A DNA stretch of 64,000 bases, from the NCBI GenBank assembly GCA_964588605.1, contig CAZPQB010000004.1, positions 1,341 to 65,340 on the forward strand, in the 5' to 3' direction. Shown here piece by piece: positions 1 to 8,379 of the stretch; within the stretch, counting starts at the first letter, position 1, and every line of letters begins with the position of its first letter. Both the position numbers and the translations under genes were made by a program. The notes under the pieces were generated by a model. It saw only the letters and a program-made list of their open reading frames with translations. It was not told the DNA's origin and did no database searches. Source of the stretch: an uncultured Dehalococcoidaceae bacterium. Its GTDB lineage: Bacteria > Chloroflexota > Dehalococcoidia > Dehalococcoidales > RBG-16-60-22.

Positions 1-437
1 AGGCTGAGACCGGCCATGATGAGCCCATTACCCGCAAAGATATAATCAAGCTTATCGGGCTCCGTTTTGCCGAGGAAATGGAGGCGAAGAGCCTGGCTAT
101 CTATAACTACGCCCGCGAATACGCACTGAGTCACGGTATCATCCTCGCCGATACCAAGTTCGAGTTTGGCGTGGATGAAAAACGTCTGGTAATTATCGAC
201 GAGCTTCTAACCCCTGACTCCTCACGCTTCTGGGACGCCGAAAAATATAAGGTCGGGCGTTCTCAACCCAGTTTCGATAAACAGCCGGTACGCGACTGGC
301 TGGTACAGAGCGGCTGGAACAAGGAGCCTCCCGCCCCCATGCTACCCCCGGACATCATCGAGGCGACTTCAAAGAGATACATGCAGGCCTACGAGATGAT
401 AACAGGCCGTAAGCTGGCTACTCTTGATACCGACTAG
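1..437 (+). CDS. purC: SAICAR synthase, C-terminal part (5' end outside window)
   Basis: Frame 3 is open from the window edge to TAG 435-437. The motifs [10 protein letters not shown] and [10 protein letters not shown] are typical of PurC. Confidence 0.85.
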   Translation, partial: AETGHDEPITRKDIIKLIGLRFAEEMEAKSLAIYNYAREYALSHGIILADTKFEFGVDEKRLVIIDELLTPDSSRFWDAEKYKVGRSQPSFDKQPVRDWLVQSGWNKEPPAPMLPPDIIEATSKRYMQAYEMITGRKLATLDTD

Positions 438-1210
438 CCCTCCAGAAGACCCTTGGTGCTGGGCAGTTCGCCAGCCATCCGCTCATCAACCCTGGTAGCT
501 GCGTCCAGGGCCCTCCCCAGTGCTTTAAAGAGCGCCTCTGCTTTGTGGTGGTCGTTGCTCCCGTAAAGAATCCGGGCATGCAGGTTCAATCGGGCTTCGC
601 TGGCGAATGACTCAAGGAAGTGGCGGACAAGGTCGGAGGGAAAGCCAAACATATCATTATCGGCAAAGGGTAAATCCAGCACTGCATATCCCCGCCCACC
701 GATATCGATGGCGACCGTCACCAGCACTTCATCCATAGGCACGGCCACATCCGCCATGCGCACGATGCCGCGCTTCTCCTCCAGGGCTTTGCCAAAGGCT
801 CTGCCCAGACAGATAGCCACGTCTTCCACAAGGTGATGCGGGTCGTCGCCGGTAGCCGTCAACTTTATGTCAAATAATCCGTGCCTTGCCAGTTGCGACA
901 GCAGGTGGTTGAACATGCTGATGCCGGTATTTATCTCGTACCGGCCGCTGCCGTCGATATTCAATTCCAGGCTTATGTTCGTTTCCCTGGTCTCCCGCCT
1001 GATAACAGATGACCTTTTGTTATCGGCCTCTAATGAAAGCAGTTTCATGGCTCCCTTGAGAAATGTACCACCAACAGCTATCTTCCCGGTACGCGTCCGC
1101 TGATAAAGCGGCCGACTGCACCCGATTTTTTCGGCCATCTGCTGGTCAGAGTACCCCCGTCTATTCTGAATCTGCACTACTTTATTTAATACTTCGTTGA
1201 CCGATACCAT
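434..1210 (-). CDS. hisB: Imidazoleglycerol-phosphate dehydratase with a 54-aa N-terminal XRE-like HTH extension
   Basis: The C-terminal ~200 aa are canonical IGPD ([45 protein letters not shown]). The N-terminus ([27 protein letters not shown]) looks like an HTH. A GGGGGA RBS lies 6-7 nt before ATG 1210. The canonical-length alternative start is ATG 1048. Confidence 0.85.
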   Translation of the reverse strand: MVSVNEVLNKVVQIQNRRGYSDQQMAEKIGCSRPLYQRTRTGKIAVGGTFLKGAMKLLSLEADNKRSSVIRRETRETNISLELNIDGSGRYEINTGISMFNHLLSQLARHGLFDIKLTATGDDPHHLVEDVAICLGRAFGKALEEKRGIVRMADVAVPMDEVLVTVAIDIGGRGYAVLDLPFADNDMFGFPSDLVRHFLESFASEARLNLHARILYGSNDHHKAEALFKALGRALDAATRVDERMAGELPSTKGLLEG

Positions 1211-1263
1211 TTAAAGTCCCCCGTGTTACGTTACTATACAATAAACTGGCTTACTTGTTAATT

Positions 1264-1291
1264 ATTATAACAGATATTAGCTATTTGTCAA
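1264..1291 (-). promoter_or_regulatory. Sigma70-type promoter for hisB (TTGACA-16 nt-TATAAT on the minus strand)
   Basis: Plus-strand tgtcaa at 1286-1291 and attata at 1264-1269 reverse-complement to perfect -35 and -10 hexamers with a 16-nt spacer. The element lies in the 140-nt AT-rich hisC-hisB gap. Confidence 0.55.
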
Positions 1292-1350
1292 GGGCTTATT
1301 ATAAATAAGCAGTAATTTTTCACAGACGGGTCACGCCGTTGATACAATAG

Positions 1351-2445
1351 CTAATCGTCGATTTCGCGGAGAGCCTTCAACAGGGCATCGGTATGTTCCG
1401 GCTTGCCCGCAGTAATGCGGATGCTGTTGCGCAGCAGCGGGTTATCGAAGTAACGAACCAGGATTCCTTTTTGCTGCAGTTTCTGGTGGAGTTCAGCGGC
1501 GTTGCCTTTCAGCACATTGCAGAAGATAAAATTGGCCTGCGAGGGGTATGGTTTTAACCATTCTATCTTCTCCAGCTTGGCAAACAGCCTTTCCCTCTCC
1601 GCAATGATTGCCCTGACCTTTCCCTGCAAATAGTCCAGGTCTGCGAGCGATTCTCTTACAGCAATCTCAGCCGCCACACTTACGTTATGCGGAATTTTGA
1701 TAGCCATCAGCTTACCGACAATCCAGGGATGGAACACACCATAGCCTATGCGCAGTCCCGCCAGCCCCGCCCACTTGCTGAAGGAACGCAAGACCATGAG
1801 ATTGCTGTGCTGGCTTACATCAGGCACCGCTGTTTCTCCCGAAAATTCATAATAAGCCTCATCAACCACGACGGGCAAGCCGGTATCAACAATCTCCAGA
1901 ATATCCTGCCGGGGGATGACATTGCCGGTGGGATTGTTGGGCGTAGCCAGAAATATCAACCTGGTCTTCCTACTGATAATGTTCTTTACAGTTTTAACAT
2001 CGACGGCGAACTGTTCATCCCTGTTTACGTTAACCAGCGTACCGCCGCATATCTCCGTGCTGAAACGGTAGATATCAAAGGTCGGTACGCAGTTAACAAC
2101 CTCGTCACCCGGGCCGACAAACAGTCGAACGATAAGGTCGATGAGCGTGTTACTGCCATGTCCCGCCACAATACGGTCAGCGGCAACACCGGCATATCCC
2201 GCCAATAGCTTACGCAGTTCCTGCTGACCATCGTCAGGGTAGATATGAAAGTGAGGATTATCCGCCAGCGCCTGAAGAACCCGGGGGGAACAGCCATAGG
2301 GGTTCTCATTCGCATTCATCTTGATAATACTCTCGACCGGCACATCGACCCTACCCGCCAGGACATCAGGAGATGTGCTGGCACTGTAGCCGGTAAACCC
2401 GGCTAAATGTCCCCTAATGAATTTTTCCATTCCTTCAGAATCCAT
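1351..2445 (-). CDS. hisC: Histidinol-phosphate aminotransferase
   Basis: 364 aa. Class-II aminotransferase pattern with NANENPYG, NPNNPTG and the PLP-lysine motif SFSKWAGLAGLRIGY. Sits in a his gene context. Confidence 0.9.
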   Translation of the reverse strand: MDSEGMEKFIRGHLAGFTGYSASTSPDVLAGRVDVPVESIIKMNANENPYGCSPRVLQALADNPHFHIYPDDGQQELRKLLAGYAGVAADRIVAGHGSNTLIDLIVRLFVGPGDEVVNCVPTFDIYRFSTEICGGTLVNVNRDEQFAVDVKTVKNIISRKTRLIFLATPNNPTGNVIPRQDILEIVDTGLPVVVDEAYYEFSGETAVPDVSQHSNLMVLRSFSKWAGLAGLRIGYGVFHPWIVGKLMAIKIPHNVSVAAEIAVRESLADLDYLQGKVRAIIAERERLFAKLEKIEWLKPYPSQANFIFCNVLKGNAAELHQKLQQKGILVRYFDNPLLRNSIRITAGKPEHTDALLKALREIDD

Positions 2446-2454
2446 TATTGACCC

Positions 2455-3735
2455 CTAACCTTTATCACTGAGCCGCTTCTCTATGGCGCGGGCATGGGCA
2501 TCGAGTCCCTCAGCCCTGGCTATAATCTGGGTCGCCTCGCCGAGCTGCCCTATATCCCTTTTATCCATGTTCACCAGGCTGATAAGCTTTACAAAATCCG
2601 TAATATTCAGTCCCGAGCCGAACCTCGCCGTCCCTTCCGTAGGCAACACATGACTGGGACCAGCCACGTAGTCGACGAGTGCCTCGATGGAATTCTCCCC
2701 GACGAAGAGGCAGCCGGCATTCTCCACCTTTTTCACATAGTCAGCCGCATCCTTGACGACGAGGCACAGGTGTTCCGGAGCATAAAGATTGGATAACTCA
2801 ATAGCTTCATCGATATTGGCTACGACAACAATAAGGCCATGACTCTCCAGTGATTCAGCGGTAATGGTCTTACGCGAAAGGCTATCAAGCTGCCGCTCTA
2901 TTTCGCTGTTGACCTTATCCGCCATCAGCTTGGAGGTCGTTATCAGCATCGCCGCAGCCCCCGAACCATGCTCAGCCTGGGCGAGGAGGTCGGCGGCGCA
3001 GTATTCCGGACTGGCGGTATCATCGGCAATGATAATCACCTCGCTCGGCCCGTAGAGTCCGTCGATGCCCACCACTCCATATACCACCTTCTTAGCCAGG
3101 GAGACGAAGATATTGCCCGGCCCGCAGACCTTGTCCACTCTGGGAACCGATTCGGTGCCGAAAGCCAGGGCGGCAACAGCCTGGGCGCCCCCTATGGAAA
3201 AAATGCGGTCGACCCCGGCAATCCTGGCAGCCGCCAGTGTTACTGGCGAAACCTCACCCGGCTTCCCCGGCGGGGTTACCAGAATGACCTCTTTGACCCC
3301 GGCAACCTTGGCAGGAATGGCCGTCATCAGCAGCGATGATGGCAATGGCGCCGTAAAGCCAGGAACATGCAGGCCGACTTTATTCAGCGGGCGCAGCAGC
3401 CAGCCCAAGTTTTTGCTGGTGCTTTCGCGGAAAAGACTGCCTTTTTGTTCCTCGTGATAGTCAGTTATCCGTTCTGCAGCGAGTTTCAGGGCAGAAATAA
3501 GGCCGGTATCCACCTCCTGATAGGCACGTTCTATCGACTCCTTTTTCACTTCTAATGAGGTCAGCTTAACGCCATCGAATCTCTCGGTATACTCGAAGAG
3601 GGCGGCATCGCCCCTATCACGCACATCATTAACGATTTGCCTGACCACCCGCTCTTTTTCATCATTACCGGCCTCCTTAGACGCCTGCCGGGACAAGGCC
3701 AGTTTGGCTGATTGAAAGTCCTCGATGATTCTCAT
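2455..3735 (-). CDS. hisD: Histidinol dehydrogenase
   Basis: 426 aa. Contains IGGAQAVAALAFGTES, DLLAQAEHG and PEHL motifs. Directly abuts the hisG stop. Confidence 0.92.
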   Translation of the reverse strand: MRIIEDFQSAKLALSRQASKEAGNDEKERVVRQIVNDVRDRGDAALFEYTERFDGVKLTSLEVKKESIERAYQEVDTGLISALKLAAERITDYHEEQKGSLFRESTSKNLGWLLRPLNKVGLHVPGFTAPLPSSLLMTAIPAKVAGVKEVILVTPPGKPGEVSPVTLAAARIAGVDRIFSIGGAQAVAALAFGTESVPRVDKVCGPGNIFVSLAKKVVYGVVGIDGLYGPSEVIIIADDTASPEYCAADLLAQAEHGSGAAAMLITTSKLMADKVNSEIERQLDSLSRKTITAESLESHGLIVVVANIDEAIELSNLYAPEHLCLVVKDAADYVKKVENAGCLFVGENSIEALVDYVAGPSHVLPTEGTARFGSGLNITDFVKLISLVNMDKRDIGQLGEATQIIARAEGLDAHARAIEKRLSDKG

Positions 3736-5139
3736 TCAAGCACCTTTTACAGCTCTTTTTAGCTTCTGAATAATATATCTCATTCGCTTATCCTTCAAAG
3801 AATTTACACTACCCGTACCGCCGATGAGGCAGGCCGTCGACTCAAAAAGGTTGTCGATAATTTTTAGATTGTGCCGGGCAATAGTCCGCCCGGTCTCGGT
3901 ATTCTCTATCAGCAGGTCGGCATCTTCCGGCAGGAAGGCCTCGGTAGCCCCCCAGGTAGGAATCACCCGGTAATGCCCGAGGTGGTTGTCCCGGGCATAA
4001 CTGTCGGCGATATTCACGTACTCTGAGGCTACCCGCAACGGTTCTCCGCTTTCTGCCATACGCTGACGTAAATCACTGGTATCATCAACGGCCAGTTCCC
4101 GGCTCACTACCGCCACCAGCCTTACCCTGCCGAATCCAAGGTCAAGCAGCTCTTTCACCGGACTCGATGGGAACTGGTTAAGGTGCTCGGAAAGCCAGTC
4201 CCGGCCGGTAACCGCTAGGTCAAAATACCCGTTGGCTACCTGCAAGGGCATATCCTGCGGCCTGATAACTTTAACCGACACCCCCTCAATATCTATCTTC
4301 GGACGGCGATTGCCAGTATCCGACGGATAATCATCAATCTCAATACCGGCCTTATTAAGCAAATCAATGGTCGGCTGCTGCTGATGGCCATCGGGCAAAG
4401 CCAGCCTGACCATATTCCTGTCTGCCTCTCTGGTAACACGGCCACTTGATATCCGGGGCCTGATTATGCTCTCCTTAGAGCGCCCTTTTTCTCCATTCTT
4501 CGGCAGCAAATTACTGATTGATGACACCACGTCACCAAGGTTTTTCGATTCCCAGCTACGCCGGTTGGCAATGAGAAAGGCGCTAAAATCAAGCACCCTG
4601 CTTACTGGTGCTATATTATTATTTTCCAGATCCGCTCCGGTTTTGGTAGACAGCAGCGCCATATCCGCATTCTCAGGCGGGTAGACCTCGGCGGCTCCCC
4701 ACAGCGGGAAAATACTGAATCGCCTCAATCTGTTTCTCAGCGCGAAGGACTCAGCTAGGTTCGGGTACTCGCTGGCAATACGCACCAGAGACCTGCCCTG
4801 CAAGAGTTCCGCCAGGGGCGAAGCCGCCGCCATATAAAGCACACCGTCACCGTATAACAGGTCCTTCACCTTAACCAGGTCGCTGCTCGGGTATTTAGTC
4901 AGCAGTTCTTCAATCCAATCAAGGCAGCAAATACCGAGGTCATAGTTACCCATAGCTATCTGTACCGGAATATCCTTCTCATGGAAAACCCTTATCAGGA
5001 GGGCAGGGAATCTTTCTGACCTCGGACGGTAAAAACCCATATTCGAGTGATATTCGTCGAGAGCCCAGTCCGCTTTCTGAAGCAGCGCCGCCGTCTTCCT
5101 GAGCAGGCGCCCTTTAGGCAGGGCTAGCTTTATCGCCAC
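3736..5139 (-). CDS. hisG: ATP phosphoribosyltransferase, tandem fusion of two short-form HisG modules
   Basis: 467 aa. Residues 1-215 and 243-467 each look like a complete short HisG (LALPKGRL / LALPDGHQ; IASEYPNLAESFA / VASEYVNIADSYA). The PRPP loop DADLLIENTETGRTI is intact only in module 2. Confidence 0.8.
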   Translation of the reverse strand: MAIKLALPKGRLLRKTAALLQKADWALDEYHSNMGFYRPRSERFPALLIRVFHEKDIPVQIAMGNYDLGICCLDWIEELLTKYPSSDLVKVKDLLYGDGVLYMAAASPLAELLQGRSLVRIASEYPNLAESFALRNRLRRFSIFPLWGAAEVYPPENADMALLSTKTGADLENNNIAPVSRVLDFSAFLIANRRSWESKNLGDVVSSISNLLPKNGEKGRSKESIIRPRISSGRVTREADRNMVRLALPDGHQQQPTIDLLNKAGIEIDDYPSDTGNRRPKIDIEGVSVKVIRPQDMPLQVANGYFDLAVTGRDWLSEHLNQFPSSPVKELLDLGFGRVRLVAVVSRELAVDDTSDLRQRMAESGEPLRVASEYVNIADSYARDNHLGHYRVIPTWGATEAFLPEDADLLIENTETGRTIARHNLKIIDNLFESTACLIGGTGSVNSLKDKRMRYIIQKLKRAVKGA

Positions 5140-6382
5140 CTTTCCCCTCCAGCAACTTCAAGACTTCGCCGATTGTCGGAACATCGAACCGCCTGGAGCT
5201 AACGATGTCCCATAAGTTAAAAATCGGGGCTTCAGTCTTTACCTCAATTATCCACCGGAAACCTTCAGCCTCCTGCTCACCAAGGTCAAACGTGACAACA
5301 TAACCGGCTTCACGCAGGCTGGCGGCGGTTTTGAACGCCTCTTTTACGACTTTGTTATCCACGGTCTCCACCCGAACTATAATGCCCGGCGATACCGGAG
5401 GAGCAGTCGCCTCCGGTTTTAATATTTTCATAAGCCGGTCTATGTACAGGGCAAATCCGGAGGCAGGCACGTCGCCACCACCCATCGAAGGTATCAGGGC
5501 ATCATACCTGCCGCCTCCGCCTATTTTCTCTCCATTAACAATGAACTGAAATATCACGCCGGTATAATATTCAAAACCGGCCCCGGAAGCTATATCTATC
5601 TGATAGCTACATCCCAGCGCATCAAGAAGGGCGACTATCTCCAGGAAATTATCCAGATGCGGACTGACCTCGGGCATACTCCGTGCAAGAATAGCCTTCT
5701 GGTTCGTCAGAAAACCCGATGACTGCCCCTTCAAGCTCAAAAGGGGCAACAGGGTACTTTCAAAGTCCGGGTTATCCCGGCCGATCCTGGCCAGTGTTCC
5801 CACATCACCGTCCATAATCTGGTCGAACAGACGGTGCTGCTCCTCAGGGTTCAGCCCGAGCTTTTCCAGCAGGGCTTTCATCAGACCGGCGTGTGACAGT
5901 CGCAGTTCCACGTCCTTCAGTCCCAGTTTCTTCAGGACTTCCAGAGACAGCTCAATCAACTCGGCATCGGCTATCGCTGAGCCCACACCGATAAGCTCGG
6001 CCCCGCACTGCCACCTCTCCCTGTTTTTTTCACCTGCCTCCTCAAAAATAAAAAGATTAGCGGCGTAAAAAAGCCTGGCCAATCCCTTCCCTTCCAGGTT
6101 CTCGGCGTACAGTCGCGCTACCGGGATAGTGCCGTCGGGGCGCAACACGACCCTCTCCCCACTCCATCCATCCCAGTCAAGGAAGGAATATACCTTGCCC
6201 AACCTCCCCGGGGTAAGCGTCCCCGCCGAGGTAAAAAGGTGCAGATATTCAATGGTCGGCGTCCTGACCTCCTGATATCCCCACCGGGAACAGCAGTCAC
6301 GGCATATCCCTTCTATCAGCCGGAGCGCCGCCATCTCGCCGGGGAGCAGGTCCCTCATTCCTTTACATTTCTGGACCTTCAT
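5114..6382 (-). CDS. hisZ: ATP phosphoribosyltransferase regulatory subunit (HisRS paralogue)
   Basis: 422 aa with a class-II HisRS fold (KGMRDLLP, GGGGRYDAL). HisRS motif 2 (FRYERPQ.GR.REF.Q) is degraded to FIFEEAGEKNRERWQ. Overlaps the hisG start by 26 nt. AAGGA RBS. Confidence 0.68.
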   Translation of the reverse strand: MKVQKCKGMRDLLPGEMAALRLIEGICRDCCSRWGYQEVRTPTIEYLHLFTSAGTLTPGRLGKVYSFLDWDGWSGERVVLRPDGTIPVARLYAENLEGKGLARLFYAANLFIFEEAGEKNRERWQCGAELIGVGSAIADAELIELSLEVLKKLGLKDVELRLSHAGLMKALLEKLGLNPEEQHRLFDQIMDGDVGTLARIGRDNPDFESTLLPLLSLKGQSSGFLTNQKAILARSMPEVSPHLDNFLEIVALLDALGCSYQIDIASGAGFEYYTGVIFQFIVNGEKIGGGGRYDALIPSMGGGDVPASGFALYIDRLMKILKPEATAPPVSPGIIVRVETVDNKVVKEAFKTAASLREAGYVVTFDLGEQEAEGFRWIIEVKTEAPIFNLWDIVSSRRFDVPTIGEVLKLLEGKGGDKASPA

Positions 6383-6421
6383 TTTTCATCCTTATATATT
6401 CTCGTACGTGGATACTATAAT

Positions 6422-6450
6422 AATTTACACTAATTTAGTCAGCTATTCAA
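6422..6450 (-). promoter_or_regulatory. Candidate his operon promoter (TTGAAT-17 nt-TAAATT on the minus strand)
   Basis: Plus-strand attcaa at 6445-6450 and aattta at 6422-6427, about 40 nt upstream of the hisZ ATG at 6382. Confidence 0.4.
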
Positions 6451-6663
6451 TTTTGAATAAAAAGCGTTATTCGCTCACTTTTCCAATAATACCCCCTGTG
6501 GGTTTAAATCCACCCCCCTATTTTTGAGTGGTGGTGGGGATATTATGGGACAGGAAGCGGATGACTCGAGGGAGGGCGGGTGGGAAAAAGGTGACAAGGC
6601 GAGAGGGTGGGGCTGAGAAAAAATAACCCGCTGCCCTCTTTCAGGCTGCGGCCGACTTTTTAA

Positions 6664-6692
6664 TTGCATCGAAACTGTTATACAATTATAAT
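6664..6692 (+). promoter_or_regulatory. Sigma70-type promoter for nfeD (TTGCAT-17 nt-TATAAT)
   Basis: TTGCAT at 6664-6669, a 17-nt spacer, then TATAAT at 6687-6692. Lies 25 nt upstream of ATG 6718. Confidence 0.55.
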
Positions 6693-6717
6693 AGTAAGAA
6701 TCTGGCAGGTAAAATAC

Positions 6718-8034
6718 ATGATAAAAATCAGGCGAATACTGCTGGCAGTGATAATCCTGCTGCTGGCTATATCCATAGGTTCAAGCGTTCAGTCGCAGAC
6801 TCCCAATATCCACGTACTGACAATCAAGGGCACCATCAACCCGGTTCTTGTCAATTACGTGGAACGCGGCATCGAGGAAGCCGAGGATAGCGGCGCCGAA
6901 GCCCTTATCATTCAAATGGATACGCCTGGCGGTCTGGATACGGCCATGCGTGATATCATTCAGCTTATCGTTAACTCCCGGGTACCGGTGGTAGTTTACG
7001 TGGCTCCATCAGGAGCCCGGGCCGCCTCGGCCGGTGTCTTTATTACCATAGCCGGACATGTGGCTGTGATGGCCCCCAACACAGCCATCGGCGCGGCGCA
7101 CCCGGTGGCAATCGGGAGTGATGGCGAAGCCCAGATGTCCGAAGCTATGGAAGAAAAGATAATTAACGACGCGGCAGCTTACATTAGAAGCATCGCCGAG
7201 GCCCACGGACGTAACATGGAATGGGCGGAAAGGGCAGTCAGAGAGAGCGTTTCGGCCACCGAGCGTGAAGCCCTGGAATTGAACGTTATCGATATGATTG
7301 CGCCGGACCTTGACACACTCGTCATACAGCTGGACGGCAGGCAGGTCACCATGATCAATGACCAGCAGGTAACCCTGCATACCCAAGGGGCGATAATTAA
7401 CGACGTCCCTATGAAGACGATCGAGAAGTTCCTGTACGCCATTGCCGACCCGAATATCGCTTACCTGTTACTGAGCGTGGCTACCCTCGGTATCATGGTT
7501 GAGATATTTAATCCCGGGCTTATTTTCCCCGGAGTGGTCGGGGGCATCAGCCTGTTATTGGCGTTCTACGCGCTGGGAATGCTGCCGGTGAATTATGCCG
7601 GCATCCTGTTAATCGTCCTAGCTATCGGGCTTTTTATCGGCGAAGTGATAACAACCACTTTCGGCGTCTTCACAGCCGGAGGCGTGGTAGCACTTGTTAT
7701 TGGTTCTCTAATTCTATTCCAGGGCGGAGGACCCATATTCCGTATAGACCCCTGGCTTATTGCTACCGTAACCATTATTATTACCGGTACTCTCGCCTTT
7801 GTGATTCACCGCGCTGTAAGCGCCCACCGCAGACAGGCCAAAACCGGTTGGGAAGAACTGATAGGCAAGACAGCCGTTGTCAAAGTCGCGCTGAACCCCG
7901 AGGGCACCGTGTTCTTAAAGGGCGAGCGCTGGACAGCCACCTCTGAAGGAGAAGAAATTAAGCCCGGGGATGAGGTCATTATCAACAAGGTCGACGGCTT
8001 AATGCTGTATGTCACTAAAAAGAAGCAAGATTAA
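6718..8034 (+). CDS. Membrane-bound ClpP-class serine protease, NfeD family (long form: protease + TM segments + C-terminal OB domain)
   Basis: Has a signal/TM segment (MIKIRRILLAVIILLLAI), a ClpP/SppA-like core (IQMDTPGGL, ARAASAGVFI), several TM helices and a C-terminal GERWTATSEGEEIKPGDEV OB motif. The start was moved from 6664 to ATG 6718 because 6664-6692 is the promoter. Confidence 0.85.
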   Translation: MIKIRRILLAVIILLLAISIGSSVQSQTPNIHVLTIKGTINPVLVNYVERGIEEAEDSGAEALIIQMDTPGGLDTAMRDIIQLIVNSRVPVVVYVAPSGARAASAGVFITIAGHVAVMAPNTAIGAAHPVAIGSDGEAQMSEAMEEKIINDAAAYIRSIAEAHGRNMEWAERAVRESVSATEREALELNVIDMIAPDLDTLVIQLDGRQVTMINDQQVTLHTQGAIINDVPMKTIEKFLYAIADPNIAYLLLSVATLGIMVEIFNPGLIFPGVVGGISLLLAFYALGMLPVNYAGILLIVLAIGLFIGEVITTTFGVFTAGGVVALVIGSLILFQGGGPIFRIDPWLIATVTIIITGTLAFVIHRAVSAHRRQAKTGWEELIGKTAVVKVALNPEGTVFLKGERWTATSEGEEIKPGDEVIINKVDGLMLYVTKKKQD

Positions 8035-8068
8035 AAGTAAATAAGTTTACACGATAAAGGAGGACTCT

Positions 8069-8365
8069 TTGCTTACTATGCCTGTTTGGTTGCTAGTCGT
8101 GGTAGTACTTGTTATCATTGTCTTACTGGTTTTTGTTGTTCTCTGGTCAGTCCGGGCTCACCAGAAAAAGGTATCGGCCGGGAAGGAAGAACTGGTGGGG
8201 AGAACGGCCGTTGTTGAAATAGCCCTGGAGCCGAAAGGAGTGGTACTTGTGGAGGGTGAACGCTGGACAGCTACATCTGAAACAGGCCAGATAGAGCCTG
8301 AAGAGGAGGTGATTATAACCAAGGTTGAAGGCTTGAAACTAACAGTAGTCAAGAAAAAAGAATAA
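8069..8365 (+). CDS. Short NfeD-like protein (one TM + OB domain), paralogue of the C-terminus of the preceding gene
   Basis: 98 aa. ELVGRTAVVEIALEPKGVVLVEGERWTATSETGQIEPEEEVIITKVEGL aligns almost residue for residue with the last 70 aa of the 6718..8034 product. AAGGAGGA RBS. TTG 8069 or ATG 8078 start. Confidence 0.7.
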   Translation: MLTMPVWLLVVVVLVIIVLLVFVVLWSVRAHQKKVSAGKEELVGRTAVVEIALEPKGVVLVEGERWTATSETGQIEPEEEVIITKVEGLKLTVVKKKE

Positions 8366-8379
8366 AGGAGGCTGAATAA

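Noticed and set aside
5114-6382. Calling this gene histidyl-tRNA synthetase (hisS)
   Set aside because: It has the HisRS fold and a GGRYD motif, but the motif-2 arginines (FRYERPQ.GR.REF) are replaced by FIFEEAGEKNRERW. The gene is also translationally coupled to short-form-type hisG, so HisZ is more likely. Residual uncertainty remains because a C-terminal anticodon-binding-like domain is retained.
6497-6521. tRNA-like T-arm (GTGGGTTTAAATCCAC followed by CCCCCTA), or a tRNA 3' fragment marking an integration site
   Set aside because: The stem is only 4 bp, the loop is 8 nt and lacks the TTCRA consensus, and no matching acceptor 5' strand, D-arm or anticodon arm exists in the ~75 nt upstream. 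I do not call it a tRNA. A degraded att remnant cannot be excluded.
6528-6536. CAC-CAC-CAC (His-His-His) run on the minus strand upstream of the his operon, as a possible histidine attenuator leader peptide
   Set aside because: In that frame a TAA lies two codons upstream with no start codon in between. The run also lies upstream of the predicted his promoter (6422-6450), so it would not be in the leader transcript.
6664-6717. ORF-track start (6664) giving NfeD an extra 18 N-terminal residues
   Set aside because: Positions 6664-6692 form a TTGCAT-17-TATAAT promoter. The signal/TM sequence begins at Met19 (ATG 6718), so I moved the start.
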